From positions 5,666-69,665 of IMG/VR virus record IMGVR_UViG_3300025727_000011: 64,000 nucleotides of DNA; one strand, written 5' to 3'. Origin of the DNA: a virus. The position numbers and the translations under genes are program-made. Below are positions 46,901 through 54,600 of this stretch, piece after piece (the stretch's first letter is position 1; every line of letters starts with the position of its first letter). The notes under the pieces were generated by a model. The model was not told the origin of the DNA and made no database searches. It saw only the letters and a program-made list of their open reading frames with translations.

Positions 46901-49043
46901 CCTCGGAGGCACAGGTTCCGTCCAGTCTGGACTCACCGCCAACGAGGAAGCCGATGCAGGTATCCGTGCAACCGTCATGCAGCCCACCATCTTCGGTGAG
47001 GTTGGTTTGTCGGGCGGGCAGGATGCAGCGGGCAACCCGGTCGTTACCTTCTTCGCAGACGGTGGCACGACCCCACAGAACAACGTGTTCAAGTTCACGT
47101 TTGAAGGCACCCCCGTTGTGGTCGTCTTCGCCCAGAGTGATGGCACGACAGCCATCACTCTGGGCGGCTCCGCAGATGTGCCCCTCACTGATCCCAGTGG
47201 CGCGGCAGCGGGTCCGATCATTACCCAGATCAATACAGAGATGACGGCAGCCGGGATCGCTGTAACCGCGATCCAAGAGGGTGCCGGTATCCGATTCCGA
47301 GGTGCGTCGTCGGCTTCGTCCGCAACCATCGTGATCGGAGACGGCAATGCCAACACCATCCTCGGCTTCTCTACGGGCGACATCGTGTACCGCACGGTTC
47401 TCTCTGTAGAAACTCTGGTGAGCGGTCTGATGGCCGCAACAGCCTTCACGGCTGTCGCTCTCGCCAAGACCAAGCGTGATGGCGCGAACGCCGAGTACCT
47501 GTTCATTCAGAGTCTCGGTACGGCGGGTGCAGGCACCACGTCTAGCCTGGCCTTTGTGACCAGCACGGCGCTGCTTCCGGGCACTGGCCTCGGTGTCATC
47601 AACGGTGACGGCAACGTGGGCGAGACAGCGATCGATGGCTACTTCGTTACCTCGTCTGATCCTGTCAATGGTTCGGGCACCTCCGATACGTCGGTACTCA
47701 ACACGGGTACGGGACAAGACGGCATTGTCGGCCAGACCTATCGGGATCTGGTGACTGGTTTGACCTTCTCCGTTCTCCCACGCACCGGAGGCACCGCCTA
47801 CCCGGTCGGAGTCACGTCTACCGTGACGTTCACCGTGCGGGCGAATGTGACTACGGACAGCAACCTGCCAGTGAACACCGTTCCCGGCATTGAGTTGTAT
47901 GTCTCCAACACCTCTGGGGTCACGGTTGGCGATACCGCCATCGCGGCGACCTATGAGAAGGGAGGCAACCAACCGTCCGTTGGTGACGTGTACTACGCCA
48001 GCTACAACTACCTGAAGCAGGACTACACGACGCAGTTGTTCACCAAGCAGTCCTCGATTGAGGCAGCTTACGGTGCGGCTACTCCAGAAAACCCGGTCAG
48101 TCTCGCCTCCTATCTGGCGATCTTGAACGGCGCGGTCCTGCTTGCAGTTAAGCAGATCAAGAAGGACGTTGATCTGGATGCTGACGGCACGTTCGACACA
48201 GCCTCGACCAATGCGTACCTCGCAGCGATTGATGAAGTGGAAGGAGCCACCCCAGGCGGGCTGTTCCCTGACACCATCACCCCGCTCAAGGGTGATTCGC
48301 TTGAGTTGTTCCAGTACCTCGCACGGCACTGTGACATCCAGAGCAGCATCCGTTACCGCGCCGAGCGCACTGCAATCTGCGGTTACTCGGCAGGTACACA
48401 GCCGACTGATGCGGGCAACATCGCACAGGCGGTGGCTCGTAGCCGGATGCGGCTCCTGTACCCCGACATCATGACCCTCTCTCTGTCGCGGGCTGACGGC
48501 ACCACAGATACCTACCTCGTGGACGGCACCTACTTCGCCTCTGCATGGGTCGGTAACCGTGCTGCCCCGACCATCGACGTTGCGACTCCGTGGACGCGGG
48601 GCCGGGTGTTCGGCTTTGATGAGTTGGCCCGCACGCTCGATGCGGTTCAGCAGAATCAGGTTGCGGTTCGCGGTGTGTCGGTATTCGCACAGCGGCAGTC
48701 GATTATCGAGTGTCGCCACGGTCTGACCACAGACATGACCAACGTGCTGACCAAGACCCCGACCGTGACCACCATCGCAGACGAGGTGCAGCGTCAGGCC
48801 CGGTCAACACTGGATCGGTTCATCGGCAAGAAGTTCCTTTCCGCTGTCACCGGAGACATCGAAGGTCAGTTGTCCGTCACGCTCAAGAAGCTGGTCGCCG
48901 CACAGATCATCGCCGCCTTCACCGGAGTCTCGGCCAACGTGTCTCCCGATGATCCCACGGCTGCGGAAGTCGAGGCTTACTACCAGCCGATTTTTCCATT
49001 GTTATATATTATCGTGACATTCAACCTGCGTAGCAGTTTGTAG
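43929..49043 (+). CDS. Contractile tail sheath protein (~1704 aa)
   Basis: N-terminal YAPPGVYTRT; C-terminal sheath core (RHGLTTD...IADEVQRQ.R..LDRFIG...YYQPIFPLLYI.VTF); many inserted beta domains. Confidence 0.85.
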   Translation: MAIIPGSIYAPPGVYTRTLFEDPLQGLAASVRLPLIMGTGSEILFQDSLELVRGSSSSVDQRVVQEDETGRAVVSISLAGEVTLGAFDGVINQVQVKHFPIVNGNGSGTTATDASKVNVTVNGEPVVVLAINGAKGILTLSVTPEATDEVKATYFFNRTDTLITDTVSDQISGDAPEIFGEVGQNYTVITGVNDELVFTVDDASTVNVTISASPPVGWTAAQVAAFINSAATGTSLVAATAVNNLGLTVLHLTADRDITVGNGSANTTFGLSSGATTARNKVFYTFQNPIVDGSNGGVTTTDPADVTVKVNGTQIIPTSVDGQSGAVTLPFAPEIGAVVTIQYYFNSWQDTFDYLANRGVTEVTLCGITPDRNDYIDGADFVLKDDKILWGTAVTIEGGEYTAGGTIFDDTQVSATLVDVRQYLAACSAVVNTAVNPPVEGRTQFTLPLQPTTGNGRSTPLGAETYSEVANGRIDLPTDRPDLVFAYWGYSVEDALERGRVTVTKVDSATSTITLADVVPVGASVYATFYYNTLVDQDYSVECITAGASGVGTYTLKNEAGTVLLTPQFGSKGAALATVTVEFPSGSERTPDLRFEAPFDATGFTGPVEEDVTITFASQDATLAKYAVPGSGPYYTINGSSDTLDIAVNGATISTDLGDPTGTGTGFLSTLTGDEVAYTAASGNTTYVIDATNNAVDLQIDGLLIQAVANAGATQDITDYGEAINRAAFGEFATAQAATIAAEITLAAATSSDVDDYYVGWEIKISAGTSAGDKRTITAYNGTTRVATVSVPFAAAPDATSTYYLYDPATRPQIAGATRFLSPVDLNGGFATLNLSYSGNVTAPTALVCAVAPGPHASATALAIAVQAGVDAAILAAFAFNDRLEIDVSADSSGRLVLTLGAHPLDTTLATLEVVADGVPAADFALLAGFDIATTGGAQAKLQNLPIASTFAFTGAVTGQKVYDRLILTNRITPGQSTDGQFVLDQCQLKVLGGTGSVQSGLTANEEADAGIRATVMQPTIFGEVGLSGGQDAAGNPVVTFFADGGTTPQNNVFKFTFEGTPVVVVFAQSDGTTAITLGGSADVPLTDPSGAAAGPIITQINTEMTAAGIAVTAIQEGAGIRFRGASSASSATIVIGDGNANTILGFSTGDIVYRTVLSVETLVSGLMAATAFTAVALAKTKRDGANAEYLFIQSLGTAGAGTTSSLAFVTSTALLPGTGLGVINGDGNVGETAIDGYFVTSSDPVNGSGTSDTSVLNTGTGQDGIVGQTYRDLVTGLTFSVLPRTGGTAYPVGVTSTVTFTVRANVTTDSNLPVNTVPGIELYVSNTSGVTVGDTAIAATYEKGGNQPSVGDVYYASYNYLKQDYTTQLFTKQSSIEAAYGAATPENPVSLASYLAILNGAVLLAVKQIKKDVDLDADGTFDTASTNAYLAAIDEVEGATPGGLFPDTITPLKGDSLELFQYLARHCDIQSSIRYRAERTAICGYSAGTQPTDAGNIAQAVARSRMRLLYPDIMTLSLSRADGTTDTYLVDGTYFASAWVGNRAAPTIDVATPWTRGRVFGFDELARTLDAVQQNQVAVRGVSVFAQRQSIIECRHGLTTDMTNVLTKTPTVTTIADEVQRQARSTLDRFIGKKFLSAVTGDIEGQLSVTLKKLVAAQIIAAFTGVSANVSPDDPTAAEVEAYYQPIFPLLYIIVTFNLRSSL

Positions 49044-49062
49044 CCCCAAGACAATCGAGCAT

Positions 49063-49100
49063 AGAACCTACGCTTTCGACGAATCGAGGGTGTAGGTTCT
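49063..49100 (+). terminator. Long hairpin after the sheath gene (terminator-like)
   Basis: AGAACCTACGCTTTCGA-CGAA-TCGAGGGTGTAGGTTCT; weak U-tract. Confidence 0.5.
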
Positions 49101-49181
49101 AACCCTAAACGGGGCGGGTTTCACGAAAACGGTAGATAGTAGCCCTCCACTCGGGTACAGTCCGGGTGGAGGACTTCGTTT

Positions 49182-50270
49182 ATGGACTGTTCAATTTGTG
49201 GGTTCACCGTTGCCAACGTGCGCGGCCTCGCTTCTCATTTCCGGCACCAGTCGGACACCCATCCCGACTACGAGACGTGGAAGTCTGACCAGAAGTGGGC
49301 GGGCAAGATCGAGGACGAGGACTTCGTTCGTTGTCGGGAGTGCGGCTTTCGGTCTGCCAGCCTTGCACGGCACTTGAAGTCATCCCACGGATTCACGGCT
49401 GACGAGTACCGGGTCAAGCACGGGTCGGATGCCTTGACCCGCAATCGCCGCACGGAGGCAAAGCGTCGGGAGGGCATTAGGAACGCGAAGCAAGATCGGA
49501 CGGGTACGAAGCAAGTGCCTTGCTCTACCTGTGGGGTGGAGATGACAGTCCACAAGCTGTCCCAGTCGAATCTCAAATGTGGTGTGTGTAAGCAGGTGGA
49601 GAAGGAAGCACGGTGGGAGGGTCTGGAGGACGGGTTCGACTATGTGACCTGTCTCGACTGTGGTTACCGGGCTGTGAACCTGACCTCGCACATGCAGAAC
49701 GCTCACCCTGACTACCGGGAGCGTCACCCTGACGCGCAGATCAACGCGGAGGTTTCCCGCTCTCGTATCGGTGGGAGCGGGCAGAAGATCGACCTCACAG
49801 AAGCCGACCTGACCCCATACATGGACGGCAAGGGATGTGTTGAGGTGGCGAAGGCCGCAGACCATCTTGGGTGTTCGTGGCCTGTTGTCCTGCGGACCTG
49901 CCGTGCTCTCGGCATCCCGACACGGAACAAGTTGGCGACCCAGAAGCGGGTGTTGGACATGGTGGCTCAGGTGTTGGGTGAGCCATACAAGTGGGAGTGG
50001 TCACACCCGGAAATCAAGAACCCGGAGACGGGGTACACGCTGTTCTTCGATGGGTACTTCCCGAAGTCGAAGTTGATCTGCGAGTACCACGGTCGGCAGC
50101 ACTTTGAGATGATCCCCTACTGGCACAAGACGGAGGAGGTCTTTCAGCGGCGTGTGGCACTGGAAGCCTACAAGGTTCAGCGTGCTCGTGATCTTGGGTA
50201 TCGGATCATTGAAGTCCGTTTCGATGATCCGTTGACCTCGGTGGATTTCTACCGGGGCTTGCTTCGGTGA
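49182..50270 (+). CDS. Zn-finger (C2H2/MucR-like) plus Vsr/PD-(D/E)XK-type endonuclease, putative homing endonuclease
   Basis: Repeated CxxC...LxxH...H modules; C-terminal FDGYFP...ICEYHGRQH...GYRIIEVRF. Confidence 0.7.
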   Translation: MDCSICGFTVANVRGLASHFRHQSDTHPDYETWKSDQKWAGKIEDEDFVRCRECGFRSASLARHLKSSHGFTADEYRVKHGSDALTRNRRTEAKRREGIRNAKQDRTGTKQVPCSTCGVEMTVHKLSQSNLKCGVCKQVEKEARWEGLEDGFDYVTCLDCGYRAVNLTSHMQNAHPDYRERHPDAQINAEVSRSRIGGSGQKIDLTEADLTPYMDGKGCVEVAKAADHLGCSWPVVLRTCRALGIPTRNKLATQKRVLDMVAQVLGEPYKWEWSHPEIKNPETGYTLFFDGYFPKSKLICEYHGRQHFEMIPYWHKTEEVFQRRVALEAYKVQRARDLGYRIIEVRFDDPLTSVDFYRGLLR

Positions 50271-50383
50271 CTTCCCTGTGCTACCTTCTGTGGGCTGACT
50301 GATTCTGCTAGACGGAGTTGGGCAGCAGGCATCTTGGACCCTTCACCGGGTCGAGGGTGTTGGGGTGGGGTTGGTTCCTCACT

Positions 50384-50566
50384 CATCCCGCAAGGGATGC
50401 CCCGGTACAGGCAAGGCTCTGGTCTGTTCCACAGTGGCAAGGTCGGTCGGGCGCTTTACGCTCCCAAGACTGACCCGAGGCTTCGGCCTCTACAACATGC
50501 CGAAATAGTCAATCGTCCCGGTTGACTCCCAAACCCCCAGTAAGGTCTCGTCCACTGGGGGTTTGG
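50384..50566 (+). ncRNA. Candidate structured RNA (unidentified)
   Basis: Run of nested and adjacent hairpins with cGCAAg and cUUCGg tetraloops in a non-coding gap. Confidence 0.35.
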
Positions 50567-50590
50567 TCTATCTGGGGCTTGCTCCGTCGT

Positions 50591-51472
50591 CGGTAGCCTC
50601 TCTATCGCTCCGGTAAGGTCAACAGATTCGGAGAACCCTCTCATGGCTAAGACCCTTACCGCTACCGACCGATCGGCTTTGATCCGGCTTGCTTCCACTA
50701 TGGATAAGGGATCTCCCGAGCGAAAGGCGATCCTCGCTGGGTTGAAGAAGGCTTCCGGCGAATCAAACATCCCCGGCAAGCACATTCTCGACAACGCCAA
50801 GGTGTACGACGATGCCATCGTGAAAGACAAAGCCAAGGTGTCCGGCAATGCCAAGGTGTCCGGCAATGCCGAGGTGTCCGAATATGCCAAGGTTTATGGC
50901 AACGCCGTCGTGAGGGGCAATGCCCAGGTGGACGGCGATGCCTGGGTGTCCGGCAATGCCCAGGTGGACGGCGATGCCTGGGTGTTCGGCAATGCCAAGA
51001 TGTTCGACAACGCCGAGGTGTCCGGCAATGCCGTGGTGTCCAGCAATGCCATCGTGAAAGACAAAGCCCAGGTGTCCGGCAATGCCCAGGTGTCCGGCAA
51101 TGCCATCGTGAAAGACAAAGCCCAGGTGTCCGGCAATGCCCAGGTGTCCGGCAATGCCGAGGTGTCCGAATATGCCAAGGTTTATGGCAACGCCGTCGTG
51201 AGGGGCAACGCCTGGGTGTCCGGCAACGCCCAGGTGTACGACAACGCCCAGGTGTACGGCGATGCCCATGTGCTCGACAACGCCAGGGTTGAAGGCAAGG
51301 CCGAGGTGTCCGGCAAGGCCAGGGTTGAAGGCAAGGCCGTGATTGGGGGTACTGCCGTTATTCTAGGAGGGAAGTGGAACGGATCGGAAGGTCCAATCAT
51401 GGAAGGGACGTGGAAGTCCCCGACCGAGAGGATTCGTTAGCCGCAGCAAAGCGGTAGCCTTCCTATCGCTCC
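50591..51472 (+). repeat. 21-bp near-perfect direct repeat (50591-50611 and 51452-51472) containing the late promoter motif
   Basis: CGGTAGCCT[CT/TC]CTATCGCTCC flanks ORF 50643-51440. Confidence 0.75.
50643..51440 (+). CDS. Shared-leader protein with hexapeptide-repeat (left-handed beta-helix) cargo
   Basis: MAKTLTATDRSALIRLASTMDKGSPERKAILAGLKKAS plus about 30 [VI]SGNA[QKE] hexads (18-bp tandem DNA repeats). Confidence 0.8.
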   Translation: MAKTLTATDRSALIRLASTMDKGSPERKAILAGLKKASGESNIPGKHILDNAKVYDDAIVKDKAKVSGNAKVSGNAEVSEYAKVYGNAVVRGNAQVDGDAWVSGNAQVDGDAWVFGNAKMFDNAEVSGNAVVSSNAIVKDKAQVSGNAQVSGNAIVKDKAQVSGNAQVSGNAEVSEYAKVYGNAVVRGNAWVSGNAQVYDNAQVYGDAHVLDNARVEGKAEVSGKARVEGKAVIGGTAVILGGKWNGSEGPIMEGTWKSPTERIR

Positions 51473-51570
51473 CGACAGGTATCAATCGGTACGCAGATGT
51501 GGAACGAGCCGATGGGTCAGGTCGAGGAGCATGGTCGTGATGCTTGGACTCGGGAGTATTACCCCTGATC

Positions 51571-51585
51571 CGTTACTCATCCTAT
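51571..51585 (+). promoter_or_regulatory. Putative late promoter (CGTTA-N6-CTAT)
   Basis: Motif before ATG 51619. Confidence 0.6.
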
Positions 51586-51618
51586 GGCGTTCCCAAGGTG
51601 TAGACCTACAGGAGCCTC

Positions 51619-54600
51619 ATGGGCCGCAAGCCTGACATTCAGCGATTGCTGTTCCGTTATGCGGATCTGAACCCTCCGTTGGGGTATCCGGGTGGGTCTT
51701 GTCATTTACAAGACCGCATCCGACAAGAGGTATCCAACAAACGGAACCAAAACCTCTTGCTTGATCATCACTTGTCGGGTGGTGACAAGAAACCGAATGA
51801 TCGCTATGAGCGGGCCATCTACGATTCGATAGATGAAGGTCCGGTGAAGGGCACGTCATTTCGTCGTGTGTTGGTCAGTGAGCACGCGCAGTATCGAATG
51901 GATCAGCGAGGTATCACGGTACCGGATCTTCGGTCAGCGTTGCGGGCTTTTCAGAAGGATTGGGGAAAGGAACGAAGTCGGGGGATCACGTCACTGACTC
52001 GACTGCTTCAACAGCCGAATGAGTTTCATTACGACTACGACGGCATTCGTTTTTTCATGCGTCCTCTCAAGCTGTGGACACCCAAAGACAAGAAAGTAGA
52101 TGTATGGATTCGGACTTTGTACGATCCAAGTGCGAGTCCACCACGCCCTGTTGCACCTGATGAGTGTAAGAACTTCCCTGGTTGGTCGAAAGAGTACCCG
52201 GAGCACGGTTTTGATCGGCTATTTCCGAAACGGGTGGCGCAAAGGTTTGCGGATCTAGCACCGCCTCTCGGATTTCCGGGGGGTTCCTGCCATCTGATTG
52301 AACGTGTTCATGATGAGGTGAACAACCCTCGTCTTCGAGATCGATTAGTCGATTCCGTGGAGGAGGGTCAGTCTCTCTCCAATGCTGATGCGTCCAAGGT
52401 GTACTCACCGGAAAGGGAGAGAGGCGTTTCGGGCAAGCGGCTCAATAAGATCATTCTTACTTCGCATGTTCAATATCGGATGGACTTGCGAGGGATCACG
52501 GTCCCTGAGATTCGTTTAGCCCTCAAGCAGTTTGCCAAGGCGTACCTTGATGAACGGTCCCGCAAGAGCTTGCAAGCTCGTTGGTGGGATGAGGCAATGG
52601 CATGGGGCGAGGAGATCAAATGGGAAGCCCCTATGGGGCTTGTGGTTGTTTTCACGTTGCCGTCGCAGGATACTGCCAACATCATCACAGCTTATTGGCC
52701 CGGTCAGTCAGACCCTCGGCCCAGAGATGAGACGGAATGTGGGTTTCCTTCTGCGGGTCGGGTTTCTGCTTTGAAGATGGCACCGGTTCCTGGTGTTCAG
52801 ACGTTTGTTACCGAGAAGTCTCAGAAAGGCTTGCCCACGGATAGTGATCGTGAGAAACAAGTTGTTTTGCCTCCGGGATCCGCAACACCGGGCGGTGAGG
52901 GGCGTGAGATCGGGAAGTTTGAGTTCAACACTCCTGATGCTGATTCCGACATCAAGCCTCGGACATTAGGCATCCCTGGAGAGGAGTATGGGCATCCGTC
53001 GAACGATACTTACAACACGGTGAGTCGTCGAACGATGACGGCTGGAAGCCCTTTGGTTTCGGAACCTGCTTATGGGGAGTCTGATGCAGCCCTTCCTCGT
53101 GGTGAGGAGGATGAAAAGACGGCATATGCAAAAGGTGACATTCGACCTTCTGGTACCCCAGGAGGTCAGGGGGGCGTCCCTCAACGAGAACAAGAGGTTG
53201 CTGAAAAACGTAAGCGTAAGCGCCGTCATGAACAGAATCGAGGGAGGGATAATCAGAAAGCCCTCAAGCGTTACCATGCCAAGTACAAGAAAAAACGTCA
53301 GATGGTGGAGCGCAAAGATAAATATCGTCAAAATCCTCGGAGATACAGACGCAAAACTCCACAAGAGTATGAGCGCCCGGACAAGACGGCGGTGGTGCAG
53401 CGGTACGCGACCCGTCTCTGGTATCACGGCTCCCCGAAGCGGTTTGAGGGCTTCAAGACCTACGAGGGTCACACCTTCGGCAAGGGTCCGTCCGAGGTGC
53501 CTTTGTTCTTCAGTCCCTCCAAGTCCTTCGCCAAGATGTACGCCACGGGTCCAGAGGGGACGATCTACGCCGCCCGGTTGAAGTGGCGGAAGGTCTTTGA
53601 CGGTGCAGACCTGTACCGGGAATCTCGGTACTGGCCCCCGGAGTATGAAGACCTGACTCCAGAGGGCAAGGCCCTGTACGACGATCTCGCTGACGGCAAG
53701 GTGTTCCCCGGTGTAGACGAGGACGACCTGCTTGACGGCTACCCGAGCCTGTGGGCACAGGTTCTCCGCATGGACTACGACATCATCGAGGATGCAGCGT
53801 TCAAGTGGTGGCTCAAGAAAAACGGCTACGACGCCGCCTACGTCACGGGTGATGGGGTGCAGAACGTCTTTGTGGTCTCTCCGAGTCAGGTCGAGATCGT
53901 TGAGGTCGAGGGGCGCTGGGACAAGAAGGCTGGTGACGTGATGCTGTACGACCAGCACAACCCAGCGAACAACGAGATCAAGCAACCCGGTAAGGATGTG
54001 AACTACCGGGCAGAGGGTCCGACGACCTACTCCACGGAACCCGACGAGAAGCAAGGCATTGTGCCTGGGGGTCGTGTGCCGAGCCGTCAGTTGGACAACG
54101 CTCCTCCTGCATCGAGCCGTGTGATTCCAGACTCCATGAAGCAGACCTTGGAGGATAGCTACACGAAGGCGGCAGCAGCTACCATTCCGACAATCCTCGA
54201 TAACTGCGGTCCTGCTGTTACAGACCGCTCCAAGGGGATCAAAGTCAAACGTAAGCGGCTTTCTCCTAGCGGGATGTCTACATGGTCCGTTCAAGGGTCC
54301 AGTGGGGAAGTGTACACGGTTCGTGTCAAACCAATCCGCAAGAACAAACGGTATAAAATCATCTCCAAGATGCCTGTCAAGGTGTCGTGCTCGTGTCAGT
54401 TCTGGAGATGGCAAGGGCCAGAGCATTGGGGAAAGACCAACGATTTCTTGTACGGAAAGCCTCGCGGCACGGCCTCTGTTCCGGTTATTCGAGATCCCCT
54501 CGGAGAACACTGGGCCTGTAAACACCTCATAGCGGTCTTGCAGTACGTCAATAAATGGCGTTTCGCTGCCGATGCCGAGTGGTCGTATGAAGGGCCTTTC

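Noticed and set aside
46236-48719. Long minus-strand ORFs (827 aa here; also 35280-36626, 52966-54525, 41782-42816, 45093-46136)
   Set aside because: They are antisense shadows of well-supported + strand genes in GC-rich, codon-biased DNA and show no recognisable motifs.
50790-51340. 18-bp tandem repeats as a CRISPR array or VNTR element
   Set aside because: There are no unique spacers; the repeats are in frame and encode a hexapeptide beta-helix.
51513-51536. SRP-RNA-like GGTCAGGTC...AGCA segment
   Set aside because: It lacks the GNRA-capped helix and the full AGCAG internal loop; the resemblance is too short.
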